Of a stretch of 64,000 bases of DNA, positions 51,817-64,000 are shown piece after piece. A model generated the notes under the pieces. That model saw nothing but the letters and a program-made list of their open reading frames with translations, was not told the DNA's origin and ran no database searches. Each line of letters opens with the position of its first letter. Positions within the stretch are counted from its first letter, which is position 1. The DNA is from Epiperipatus broadwayi (lineage: Eukaryota > Animalia > Onychophora): the NCBI GenBank assembly GCA_028023455.1, contig JAQFVV010000008.1, positions 7,378,001-7,442,000 on the forward strand. The letters are read 5' to 3'. Position numbers and translations under genes: made by a program.

Positions 51817-54800
51817 TGTTTTATGTCTTAGCTCACTAAACCCCAGAGTAAGAATAACATATTTAGTACGGAATATTATTTTTTTGAGGACACAAAGAAC
51901 ACAGCGACTCAGACTTCAATTTGTATAATTTAATATACAAGTCTATATATATATACACATATATATATATATTCAATTTATATAATTTAATATACAAGTC
52001 TATATATATAGTCTAGATACATGAACCAAAATGCCATACTAATTTATATAATTCGATCCACAGTTAATTAGGAATATAAGTCCTTTCACTTATTAAGTCT
52101 ATTCACTAATATTAATACTAAAAGCAGTATATTTACCTTTCCCATCTTTTAAGCCGTGTGGCCCTTACAGTGTTTAAAATAATAATAAGATCAGGATGAT
52201 CTGTTTTGACCCTAATCAGCTTATTGACCTTCAGAAGCTGAGATCCTGGAAATAAGATCGTTCCCCACTGCTTCACTCTGGTGACACAGTTGCTTTGAAG
52301 ACAATGAAAAGCAAGCATGTGTTGCTTTTCTCCACAGTTTATATTCTTTCAGTCCTTTTGTTTTCTGGAGTAATTAAGCTCATTGGGGAAAATCTGGGTG
52401 GTGAATGTCTTATCAGTTTAATCTTCCTCTGTAAATTTAATTAGTATTTTGATTCATAGTAATTAAATTTTCTCCATTATCTGATTATTTATTTTTTCCT
52501 TCTGATAATAATTACTGCATGCAATACATTTTAATTAAATATTTTATATTATAGCAGTTCGATTAATCTTGTTCTGGCTATTTATTATTTATTTATTTAA
52601 TTATTTTCTCTCTAAATTATTTTCATAACTTATTAAAATACATAATTTATTAATATTTCAATAATTATTAATTATTTCAATGCTTTACACATAATCTCAT
52701 AATTTTTTAGATCTTTGTCTTTTATGTTGGAGCCTGGGTAATTTATGTTCTTTTGTTGGTTCCATGAGTACCTCGTTTTGGATTTCGGTTACTATTTCAG
52801 CTTCACTACATTCTAGCTCAGTCTGTTGCTTCCCTTGAATTTTGTTATCAGGTGTTGCATCAAATATTTTTTGTTTTCCGCAAGTTTTAGTCATTTCTTC
52901 TTTTATCAGTTAGTAGTGCTGCTGAAAACTGGATGTTTTCTATGACTCGTTGGCAGATGTAGTTTGTATGTCTCCGATAATCTGTTCCATTATTTATTTG
53001 AATGTTTAACTATTTGTTTGGCTAATTTGCCAGTGATTATATCTTCAATCCATTTTTTTTGATCAGATCACATACCCAAACTCTATCACCTGTTTTATGT
53101 ATGTTATTTTTACTATCGTATTGAAAATGTTCATCCATTTTTGGGAGTAACATTGCTAGTTTTATATGCAATTTCATGCCCATTAGCAACTCAGCCGAAA
53201 TTTACCCATAACTGTCGACAGCATGGAATGTTGATGTAGCATAGCATCATATACAGCTTCTTGCATGTTATTATTATTAGTCTTTTTCAGAGCTTTTTTA
53301 ATGTTAAACGGCTTTCTCAGTCAGGCAGTTCAATGTAGGATCGTATGGGGGTGCAAAGTATGTTTGATTCTTTTATTTTTGAAGAAATCTTCCATTTCTT
53401 GAGCAGTGAATCCAATGCCATTATCAGAAACAATTATTTCTGGTAATCCATGGCATGAAAAAACTGCATTTAGACTTTATATGGTTTCACTAGCACTTTT
53501 TCACAATGCAATACTCCACCTATTTAGAGTATGCATCATACAAGTGTAAAAAGTATTTTCTCATTGATTGGATTTGCAAGGTCCATGTGAAGTCTCTGCG
53601 ATGATTTAGTTGCTTTAGGCCACTGTGTATACTCTTTAGGTTATAATAGTCATTTCCGACCAACAAACTGTGCATTTCTTAATGTGATTCTCAATGTCTA
53701 AAGTTATCTTTGGCCACCAGACATAACTACATGTTAAAGCTTTTGCGTGCACAACTGGATGACTTTCGTGCAATAGTCTAAACTTTTTCTCTACCCTCTG
53801 TTGGTATTAGAACTATATCATCAATTAGCACACAAGCCATTCTGAATGATAACTTGTCACAATTTGTCCAAAAAAGCAGGCAAAAAGCATTGTGGTGTCT
53901 TGGGTGGCCAGCCATTTCCAATCCAGTCTATCAGCAGTTTGTACCCTTTATTGGCCTTTGTCCATTTTGCTACTATGTTTCTGTTTAAAATATCTGACTG
54001 TAGGACATCTTTGTCTGGATTTCTGGACAAAACATCAATATGTGGAATCTCCTTTCCTTTTTTATATGACAACTGATAATCATATGATAACATATTCCTC
54101 CACCATAACATACACAGACTCAAATGGTCACGCACAAGCTTATTGTTCGCTAATATTTCCAATATTGGCTTGTGATCAGTTACTATATGAAAAGATCTGG
54201 ATATATGTGGGTGAAATTTTTTTAAGCCGAACATAATAGCCAAGATCTCTTTATCAATCTGGCTACAGTTTCTCTCAGCTTTAGAAAGGGTCTTTGATAC
54301 ATTGGCTATAGGTCGTTCACCATTGTAACATGGATGATATAAAACTGTCCTCACAACCTATTTTGAAGCACCTGTTGTTAAGCGCATGTTGAGATATAAT
54401 TTATCAAAATGAACCAATAATTTGTCTGAGACAGCAGAGCTTTAGTTCATATAAAAGCTTTCTCATGTATTTTTAACCACTACCACTTTTGATTCTTCTT
54501 TAATAAATAAATTCATATGGAGTATTTTTTACTTTAGCCTTATTTGGTAGAAAACGTTCAGAATAGTTTCTCATACCCAGCAATGTCTGGAGTTCTTTAA
54601 CGTTTCTTGGTTTAGTTGCACTTTCCATGGCTTTTACTTTCTCATGCAATGGTTGCTTACCGTTATCTGAGATTATATGCCCCAGGAATATTAATTCCTT
54701 TGTATTCCACATCCTTTTTTGAGTATTTAATTTGACTTTGAATCTTTGTAATTTTTTTGCATAACTTAAACAGTCTTTGATGAAGCATCTCTTCTCAGCA

Positions 54801-56595
54801 TAAGTATGTTATCAAAGTAAGGTATTAAGCCATCGAATTTCTGTAATAAAGCATTAATTTTTGCTTGAAATATTTTCGGCACTATTGAAATGTTGAATGG
54901 TATCTGATTGTATTCAAATAATCCCACAGGACTTGTTAATGTCAGTATTTACGCTGACTTGTCCATCACTGATATTTGGTGAAAAGCGGAATTTAGGTCC
55001 AGTTTGCATAATGTGATGAGTTTTGCAGATTACTCAATACCTTGCTCTTATTAGGTACGATATGCCCCTTTATTAAAATACACTTACTGTTACCCTATAA
55101 TTCCCACATCATTGGGTTTTGTTATTATAACCATAGGCTAATGTTTCTACTGGTGTCAATATGCCCTTATTGCCAATCCTTGAATTTTCTCCCAACTTTT
55201 ATTTCTTATGTGAATGTGATTTTTCATGGTTTACACACAATTGGGCATACATTTTCAACTAACTTGATCTCTACTAAGCCTGTTGGTATTATACCCAATT
55301 TCTCGTTGAATAGATTATTTTTTTCTTGTTCGAGGAAAATTTTTTTAACTGTTAATTTGGATTCCTATCACGTAGAACCATTCTAGGGCTAATTTTCCCT
55401 TTTACTATATGCAGTGATAATTTAATTGGTGCTTTTACTTGCCCCAATAAGTTCAGCACATTTCTACTCACATCTTTTGCCTTAACATTTGGTTTTTCTA
55501 TTTTAATGCTAACGTCAGAGCTGATAATGTGCTCAAATCTACCTCAGACATTATAGATATCCCTGAGTCACTATCTATGTCCATTGAAATTTCTTTTCCA
55601 CAGATTTGCTGTTTCATCATGAATTAGTGTGATTCCTCAATTTCCATGTTTTTTACAACTTGTGTATTAAGGGGTTTATCTTTCCAATTTTTCTGCACTT
55701 GAGTTTTCTCTTGGTTCTCTCCTTTCCATTTTCTGCTTCCACTTACAATCTTTCTCTCTATGATATATTTTCCACAGAAGAACTACGTAACTTTATTTCC
55801 CTTTCGTATTCAGATTTTCGTGGATTAATATATGATTTATCCATTTTAAAAACTTTCATATTAATATTATCTTCAGGTTTAGATTTTAGAGCATGAGCTT
55901 GTCTAAAAGTAGCTTGTAAGCAATTACTTTCTTTATAGCAATTTCATATGTATGATCAGTCTTTTAACAACTGTTGTTTGAGTCTGTCATCAGACATGCC
56001 CCAGAGTAATTGATCCATAAGTATTTCCTCAACAAACTTCCCATATCTGCAATTTTTTGCTAGCTCCTTCAGGACTGAGTTATACTTTTTTATTGTTTCA
56101 CCCTTAAACTATATTGTTTTCTTAAATGTAAATGAGTTATGGCTAAAATATTAGTTTATTTTTTTATTAATTCCTCATACAGTATTTTATATTTTACGGT
56201 AGGGTCATAAAACTTATTAATTATCTCAATAACTTTTTTACCAGAAAAACATGACTGCTGGGATTTTTTGCTTATTGTCCTCTATTCCATTTAGAGTGAA
56301 AATTTTTTTGACTTATATTAAGTACAATGGTCATTTTGTGGCATTACCCACATCAAACTTGCCAATACAAGTTTGACCAAATGATGACATTTTTAATATT
56401 CAAAACTAATTTGAAATATCTCTCTAAATTAGGTTCAAACTAAATGACTGCACCAAGTTTTGCTATGTCTTAGCTCGCTAATCCCCGGTGTAAGAATAAC
56501 AAATTTAGTACGGAATGTTTTCTTGAGTGACTCAGACTTCAATTCATATAATTTAATATACGTGTTAATATATACAAATATAATATATTATAACA
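51817..56595 (-). mobile_element. Decayed Gypsy LTR retrotransposon (gag-PR-RT-RH-IN) with two short LTRs and a PBS
   Basis: LTR-like repeats at 51817-about 51960 and 56461-about 56595 (ATGTCTTAGCTC.CTAA.CCC..GTAAGAATAAC); PBS-like TGGTGCA at 56449-56455; minus fragments FLGHIISDNG...VKELQTLLGMRNY, ILAIMFGLKKFH...IVTDHKP, HGLPEIIVSDNG; many frameshifts. Confidence 0.88.
52005..52640. repeat. Interspersed repeat family 4, copy 1 (between the Gypsy LTR and internal region)
   Basis: Direct homology to 58245-58890 (CACAGTTAATTAGGAATATAAGTCCTTTCAC, GCTTCACTCTGGTGACACAGTTGC, GGAGTAATTAAGCTCATTGGGGAAAATC). Confidence 0.85.
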
Positions 56596-58244
56596 AAAAC
56601 ATGCTAATTACAATAACATGTCTTACATTTAAATTAAATTATCATTTCTAAATTAATAATAATTATTTTATATATTTAGCTGATTTCATTCTTTCAACCA
56701 GAGGAGTTAATATCGTTAATATTTTTACATATCAGATACCAATGGTCATACCAAGATAGTGTAAAATATACTATCCATGGCCACCTTTCCAGACTGTTGC
56801 ACTCAATCTCACTGCAAAAATCAAACCCCTCCTCTGTGGATATTTTTTATTTGTATTGGGATGATTTCTGTACGCTATCTAGCCAAGACTGCTAGAATAA
56901 CCTCAAAGAAGCATTTTTAAATGCTTCTGGTGCTTGATTTTTATCTGCCTAGCACAAAGAGCAGGAAACTGGCTTAAATCAGACTATATATATTCATAAT
57001 GCAGTTATAATTAACTCTAAATTTACTTAATACTATTATAAAATGTTATATGATGAGCTATGGAGAGCTAAGCCAACTTAACAAATTAAAAATAACATGT
57101 TTATTTACACACATACAAAACAAAAGTAAAATATTAACATAATAGTCAAATGAAAGTGAACTAAATTAATTATGGCTTTCTTTGCTAAGGATTAGTACAT
57201 TTCTAAATTAAGGATAAACAATCAAATTGCTTTTAGTTATGAAATTTCAAAAGAATAAGTTTGTTTAGACATTGAAACTGGTATTTTATATTTACCTAGG
57301 TTTTTCTTATAGCTTCATTTCTGGAGTGATCACCCCTCTCCTCATCGAAGGTAATGAAGTTCACTAACAGGCATTCCTAGGTCCTTTTGGCAGCTTGTTT
57401 GTTCCTCTAATTCGGGTTGGCACATATGGTAGGCAAAGGCTTTTACTATATATCAGGCATTAGATGTCGAAGAAATCAGGCAGTGAAACCTGAATGAACA
57501 TCCCTCTGGCTCAGCCAGCATTTGGCAATGTTTAGATATCCAAGAATATTGCTATACATTTCTGATTGAATAATTAATGACCCACTGATTTAACTGACAA
57601 CAAAACTCCAGTAAATTTTTATAGACTTCTCACAGCAAAACTTGTCAGAAGAATCAAACAGTAGAAAATTTGTAGCTTTTATACTTTTGCCATCCATTGT
57701 CTGGCTACGTACATTATTAATTAGTTTTTCAAATTCTTTTAATTAGTTATTCTTCTCATCTAACTTTTTAATTACAGTTTGATCAAACTTATTATCTAAT
57801 CAGTTGGATATACTAAATTTTAATAAAACTAAATTTCTTTTGATCAGATAATTTACACAAATTAGAGAATCTTTAATTAGATTGCTAATTACCTGTTTTC
57901 AATTATTATTTATGCAACAAAATTCTTTTACTAAGTAACTTTATAGTTATTTTTACATAGTTAAATTTATAATTTATTTTTTGTTTTTATAATTCATCGG
58001 AATTCTTTTTTCTCTTAATTAACAGAGAGCAGATAAGTGTTTTTTTAAATATTAAATTAAAAAAATTTCCACATCTTAATAGGCTTTACCCTGCTTTTGA
58101 TTTTATTTAAAGAAAATATATTTCTATTTTTATCTATTAAATTAACTGGCTCCTTTTTTTTATTTAAAAAAAAAATATTTTTTTTCCTTTCTGAATGTTT
58201 ACTTTTAAATCATTCTACATAACACATATATACATATGTGTCAC

Positions 58245-58890
58245 AATATATAGTCCAGATACATGGATCAAAACGCTATTCTAATTTATATAACTTGATC
58301 ACAGTTAATTAGGAATATAAGTCCTTTCACTTATTAAGTCTATTCACTAATATTAATACTAAAGCAGTACATTTACCTTTACCATCATTACTGTCCTTTA
58401 AGCCTGATTGCCCTTAGGGCATTTAAAATAACAATAAGATTGGGGTTATCTGTTTTGACCCTATTCAGCTTATTGATATTCAGGAGCTGAGATCCTGGGA
58501 ATAAAATGTTCTCTGCTGGATTCTTCTGCTGCTTCACTCTGGTGACACAGTTGCCTCGAAGACGATGAAGAGTAAGCACATGTTGCTCTTTTCCACAATT
58601 TATATACTGTCAGTCCTTTTGTTTTCTGGAGTAATTAAGCTCATTGGGGAAAATCCAGATGATGGATATATTATCAGTTTAATCTTACCTCAAAATTTCA
58701 TTAGTATTTGAACTCACACTAATTAAATTTTCTTTGTTATCTGATTATTTATTTTTTTCTTCTGATAATATTTACTGCACATAATACGTTTTAATTAAAT
58801 ATTTTATATTACAGCAATTTGATTAATCTTGTTTCAGCTATTTATTATTTATTTATTTCCTCTCTATAAATGAATTTCATAACTTATTAA
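58245..58890. repeat. Interspersed repeat family 4, copy 2
   Basis: Direct homology to 52005-52640. Confidence 0.85.
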
Positions 58891-59045
58891 TGTGCATATA
58901 TTTCAAAGCTTTCATTCATACTGCATATATCTTCTTCTTTACCTTTTTTTTTGCATTTCTTCTTATATTAATGTATATTACTTTTTATAAATCTCCACAT
59001 ACACACCCTAATGTAAATTTTTTTTATATAATGTCTTTAATTTTC

Positions 59046-59085
59046 TAACAGTTTTGACTGTCTTGCAGTCTTCATCAGAACTACA
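59046..59085 (-). ncRNA. Hammerhead-like motif in PLE left arm
   Basis: Minus strand CTGATGA-AGACTG CAAGA CAGTC-AAAAC (ancestral GTCGAAAC with CpG decay inferred); stems I and III poorly preserved. Confidence 0.5.
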
Positions 59086-59114
59086 TTTAAACATGCAAAA
59101 CTCTCCATACAGTA

Positions 59115-59382
59115 GCTGTATTTTTATATTGGACTATTTCCATCATCTAATTTGTGTGTTGAATGTCTTTAGAAAAGTTTAATTTTATTTAAATATTCCA
59201 AATGCATTCAACTGTTAGTAATATCACAGCAAACAGGTTAGTATATGCACCAACTGTTAGTAATATCACAGCCAACAAATGTTAGTAATATCACAGAAAA
59301 CAGGTTCGTATATGCCCTAACTGTTAGTAATATCACAGCAAACAGGTTAGTATATGGAAATAGTCCAATATAAAAATACAGC
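59115..59382. mobile_element. Tc1/mariner-type MITE with internal tandem repeats
   Basis: Perfect 29-bp TIR GCTGTATTTTTATATTGGACTATTTCCAT; TA at 59113-59114 and 59383-59384; repeated TGTTAGTAATATCACAG units at about 59210-59350. Confidence 0.88.
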
Positions 59383-60853
59383 TAGAACACCATCATCACA
59401 AATCTTCAGAAAAACACTCTCCATATAGTAGTGTTAAACATATAATGACATAACCATTATTCTATATATATATAAATAAATATTTTACATTATTATTCAT
59501 AATCATATTTTATTTTTAATTCTATAACTGCTTTTTTTCTATTTATTATTTTTTATTTCTTTACTATTTCTACTTTCTTTTTTCTTTTTTTTTTTTATCT
59601 TTTCTTCCCATCTATCATTCTATATTACTCTCTAAGATATTTTTGTCACCTTTTTATTTTACTTGTAATACCTATAAATCTAATTCCTTTCTTCCTTTTT
59701 ATTATTTATCTATACTTATTCTTTTATTAATAATTTTTATTTCTATTCCTAACTTTATTCTTTATTCCCTTTTATAATTAATTAATTTATTTTACTCACC
59801 TTTTGCATAACCTTCTTCTTGATTTTTAAATTTATAACCGACTTTTTTTTCAAAATCCTTAGCCTCTTTTTCATATACTCCTTTAATATAAGTCCCTCTA
59901 CTATCAATTTTTATTTTACAAAACTTCATATATATACATTTTCTCTATTATTATTAATATTCCTATAACAATAATATCTCCCCCCGCCATCTCTTTAAAT
60001 TTTGTTTTATCTTTTTAATTCATATAGCTTTTATTTTTCTATCTCTTCTTTTATTAGTATATTCAATCATTCTTACGCTATCTCTCAAATATTTCTATTT
60101 CTTCTTTGATTAGTATATTCAATCATTCTTATGTTATCTCTCTCAAATAAATATATATTTGAGGGAGATAGCATAAGAATGATTGAATATACTAATCAAA
60201 GAAGAGATGGAAAAATAAAAGAAGCTATATCAATTAAGAAGATAAAACCAAATGTAAATAGAGGTGGGGGTAAAGACATTATTGTTATAGGAATATTATT
60301 AATAATAGAGAAAATGTATATATAAAGTTTTGTAAAATAAAAAGTTTAAAAATAGGATAAAAAGTTAAAGAAATTGATAGTAGAGGGACTTGTATTAAAG
60401 GAGTATATGAAAAAGAGGCTAAGGATTTTGAAAAAAGAGTCAGTTATAAATTTAAAAAGAAAGAGGAAGGTTATGCAAAAGGTGAGTAAAATAAATAAAT
60501 AAATTATAAAAGAGAATAAAGATAGGAATAAAAATTATTACTAAAAGAATAAGTATAGATAAATTATAAAAAGAAAGGAACAGAAGATTTATAGGTATTA
60601 AAAATAAAATAAAAAGGTGATAAAAATATATTAGAGAATAATGTAGGATGGTAGGAAGAAAAGGTAAAAAATAAAAAGTAAAAAGAAAGTAGAAATAGTT
60701 AAAGAAATAATGACAAAATAATAATTAAAAAAAAGGGGAAGTAAAAGTATAAGGTTAAAAATAAAATATGATTATGAATAATAATGTAAAGTATATATTT
60801 TTATATGTACATAGAATAATGATTATATGATTATATGTTTAAATATTGTAGCT

Positions 60854-60890
60854 CTTATGAAGACTGCAGGACAGTCAAAACTGTTAGAAA
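60854..60890 (+). ncRNA. Hammerhead-like motif in PLE right arm (decayed)
   Basis: CTTATGA-AGACTG CAGGA CAGTC-AAAAC. Confidence 0.45.
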
Positions 60891-61009
60891 ATTAAAGGCA
60901 TTAGATAAAAAATTTTTGCCTTAGAGTGTACATGTGGAAATTTATAAAAAGTAATATACAGTATATGAATGATGCAAATATAAACAAAATTTTAGTAAAA
61001 TAACCTTTA

Positions 61010-61180
61010 TATCTAACAATAAACTTATTATTTAATTTTTAAAAAAAATTACTTTATTTATAAATGTAAATTAATAAGTAATATAAGTACAATGCTAATT
61101 GATCAATATTTATTATGTGACATTAGCAAAAAAATAATAGTGTGAAATGTTGAAATAATCTCAGAAATCTCATTGTTTAA
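61010..61180. repeat. Repeat family 5, copy (other copy about 51650-51820)
   Basis: AATGTAAATTAATAAGTAATATA.GTAC...TTGATCAATATTTA..ATGTGACATTAGCAAAAAA occurs at both loci. Confidence 0.8.
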
Positions 61181-61704
61181 AGTATGGAGATATAATTATT
61201 TCTAAAATAAATTGTAGAAAATTGCTGCTATGATTTTTTTATAAACATTATCATTATTTATCTGATTTCTTCTAATTCAAATTTTGATACATATATATTT
61301 TAAATATAGTTGTGTTATTATTTTTTTAATGTTTTCTTTGATTTTACATATTACTTGCAAAGTCATTTTATGCAAATACTTTCATCGATCACAAAAAAAT
61401 TCATAAATTTTTTTTTCTATAGAAGATTATTTATAATTGTTCAAATGTTATTATAAGATTATTACTTTTTTTAGTAAATAAATGTTGCATTCTTTAATTC
61501 ATTGCTTAAAGTGATTTTTTTCACTCTCTCTTTGATATGCACAAATGAAGTATTTGTTTTACCTGCTATATTTTTTTTTTTTTACAAAAATTAAAAATTT
61601 TAATTCTCCATATTTATAATGAACTCCTCCAGTTTATTACAAAACAAAACACAAGATAGTAAAACTGATATTTTAAAAAATTCTGTGAATAATATAGCTA
61701 CAGA

Positions 61705-62915
61705 CATCATCATCATCATCATCAACAACCATTATCAATCCACTGCAGGATGAAGGTCTCTCCAAGTTCAATCCATCTTTTCCTATCTTTAGCTTCTCTT
61801 CTCCACATCACCCCTGCACACTTTTTTATTTCATCCATCCATCTCACATGTGGTCTCTTTCTGGGTCTTTTACAATCTCTTGGAATCCAGTTCAAAATTT
61901 CAATTGTCCATCTATTATCATCTCTTCTAGCAATATCCAGCCCAACTCCACTTCAGTCTTTTAATTTTTTCAATGAGGTCAGTAACACCTGTTTGTTCTC
62001 TTACCCATACTTTGCATTTTCGATCTCTTCTTGTTATTCCCAACATGCATTTCTCCATACTTCTTTGAGTGGTCTGAAGTCTCTATATTGCTCTTATATT
62101 AAGTGTCCAAGTCTCAGATCCATAAGTAAGAACTGGCAAAACACATTTATTAAAAACCTTCCTTTTCAAACACATAGGCATATTTCCTTTTAGTATCAAG
62201 TTTTCTACCAAAAGCACTCCAACCAAGTTTAATTCTATGGTTAATTTCATCCATTATGTTTCCATCTGTATTAATAATCTGACCAAGATATATGTAACTG
62301 TTAACTTCTTCTAACTCATAATAATCAATCTTCATTTTCATATTTTGAGAAAATCTATTAAACATTACTTTAGTCTTTTTAACATTTATCTTTAGTCCTA
62401 CTTTCATCTGATAACTCCTGCTACATTTCCTGTAGCTCTAAAGCATTATTTGCAAAAACAACTACATCATCTGCAAAATCTAAATGACTTAAATAATCTC
62501 CATTTACTTTCACTCTTTTAGCTTCCCATTTTAATTCATAAAATACTTCTTGCAGCACTGCTGTAAAAAGTTTTGGAGATATGGAGTCTCCTTGTCTTAC
62601 ACCCTTTTCAATGTTGATTTTCCTACTACCATTATGTAATCTAATTGTTGCTGTTGCATGTTTATAAATATCCTTTAAAATATGACAATATCCTGGATTT
62701 ACACCTTGATGATCCAATGCTTTAATCACTGAAGAAATGTTTATAGAATCAAATGCCTTTTCATAATTACAAATCCTAAGCATAATGGCAACTCATATTT
62801 ATTTGTCCTTTCTATAACTTCTCTCAATACCTGGATATGATCTACTGTACTAAAACCACTTTTAAATCCAACTTGTTCTCTTGGTTGGTGGAAACCCAGT
62901 GTTTTCTGTAGACAT
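61705..62915 (-). mobile_element. 5'-truncated RTE-clade LINE with (ATG)n tail
   Basis: ORFs YEKAFDS...IEKGVRQGDSISPKLF...YLSHLDFADDVV and KVGLKINVKKTKVM...YIYLGQ; 3' end CTGCAGTGGATTGATAATGG then (ATG)n; frameshifted. Confidence 0.92.
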
Positions 62916-63689
62916 ACTGTGACAAAAATAGTTATTTTAAAAGTTACCTTAGTTTAGTTGCTACCCCCCCCCCCCCATGATGGTTGAAGTAATTTTATAA
63001 TAGTTGTATATAAAAAAGAAAAAAATCATTTCAAATGGCAAAGAAAATACTAGCAATTAGAATACATTATTACTGAGCCTAAAGGTAAATCAGTTGCTAA
63101 TAATATGTAGCTTAAATTAGATAAAAGCATTAAAATATTGAAGCAATTAATATTTACAAAAGCTATTAGATATTTTTGATATTTTAATATAGTGATTAGT
63201 GGCAGAGTAATTTTTTTTAGGTAAGCAATTCACAAAAGGATAAACCTGTTATTCAATGAATAGTGGATGATAAAATAAATTTTATTTATAGATATGAAAT
63301 TCTGAACAATACATTTTAATAATATTTGAATGAATACAGACTGAGTACCTCTGATCTACTTTGAAATTTTCAATGTGAATTGTGTTGGCATTCTCAAGGA
63401 AAAAGAATGAATTTCAAATGCTGTTTTTAGATGAGAAAGGTGCAAAAGCAGCTAGATCAAATTTGGATAGTATGAACAAAGTAATATTAAATATGATAAT
63501 TTAGAAAAATTAACATAGACATTAAATTCATTTTTCGAATTTTTTCCTTCCCTGAAGGACTATCAAAGTGTGATGTACAACAGATCATTCGCTACTTTCA
63601 TTTTAAACCACTAAATGTCACACAATCACATTCTTTATGCTTACACAAGCTGTTTACACAGAGGCAAAACTTAGTAGCACCACTCAGTG

Positions 63690-63810
63690 CATATTAGATG
63701 AGTAGGCACTAGATAGAAATTTTATACACAAACCTTCTTGTATCTATTGATTACTCTGGCTTGCATCGAGTAGCGCTACTGTATGGAGAGTTTTACCTCT
63801 TTGTATTTTC
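63690..63810 (+). repeat. Old fragment of retrozyme-like family 1 (no recognisable ribozyme core)
   Basis: GATGAGTAGGCACTAGATAG..ATTTTATACACAAACCTTCT...ATTGATTACTCTG...CTACTGTATGGAGAGTTTT matches 10330-10430. Confidence 0.75.
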
Positions 63811-64000
63811 CTTTTCCTTTCACATATGAAACTTTGATATTTTGACCAACTTATATTAAATGTCTAATTATCCTAAACAAAGCAAAGTAAATTGAATCTA
63901 TCAAGGTGGCTATAAAGTCTCTCAATAATCTTTAAAATGGAATGGGCTTTGGAATTATTTTGTGTCTGCTGTTTTAGGTTTATAGGTAAATATATATTAA

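Larger units (their letters stand above)
58973..60959. mobile_element. About 2-kb palindrome: Penelope-like element 3' end in inverted (pLTR-type) arrangement
   Basis: Arms are reverse complements around a near-spacerless centre (CTCTCAAATA AATATA TATTTGAGGG, about 60140-60165); + arm encodes KIKEAISIKKIKPNVNRGGG, like PLE GIY-YIG C-termini; hammerhead-like motif in each arm. Confidence 0.75.

Noticed and set aside
57300-57700. GC-richer patch with RCRR...HLAMFR, possibly a LINE 3' zinc-knuckle relic
   Set aside because: Cys/His positions not conserved; cannot be supported

Overview
AT-rich, CpG-depleted eukaryotic (metazoan, probably arthropod-like) genomic DNA. The backbone is a + strand SRP72 gene (signal recognition particle 72 kDa subunit). 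Eleven coding exons from the ATG at 8469 to 50357 join in frame with GT-AG introns; the remaining exons were not found in the window. A candidate first exon of a divergent gene lies about 420 bp upstream. The introns hold transposon relics: RTE and other LINE fragments, a decayed Gypsy element with LTRs and PBS, a second gag-pro relic, a probable solo LTR, a pogo/Tigger derivative, MITEs and tRNA-derived SINEs. The most striking structures are three large fold-back insertions (about 9.4-10.5, 33.4-34.6 and 59.0-61.0 kb). Each has two copies joined 5'-to-5' and each carries a minimal type I hammerhead-ribozyme motif. Two are built from circularly permuted, non-coding ~455-460 nt monomers of two unrelated retrozyme-like families, bounded by 13-bp target-site-like direct repeats. 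The third carries the C-terminal tail of a Penelope-like (PLE) ORF. Together they suggest a PLE-mobilised circular-RNA/retrozyme system. One insertion appears to have duplicated the splice acceptor of SRP72 exon 7. Coordinates were read by eye; no database searches or folding programs were run.
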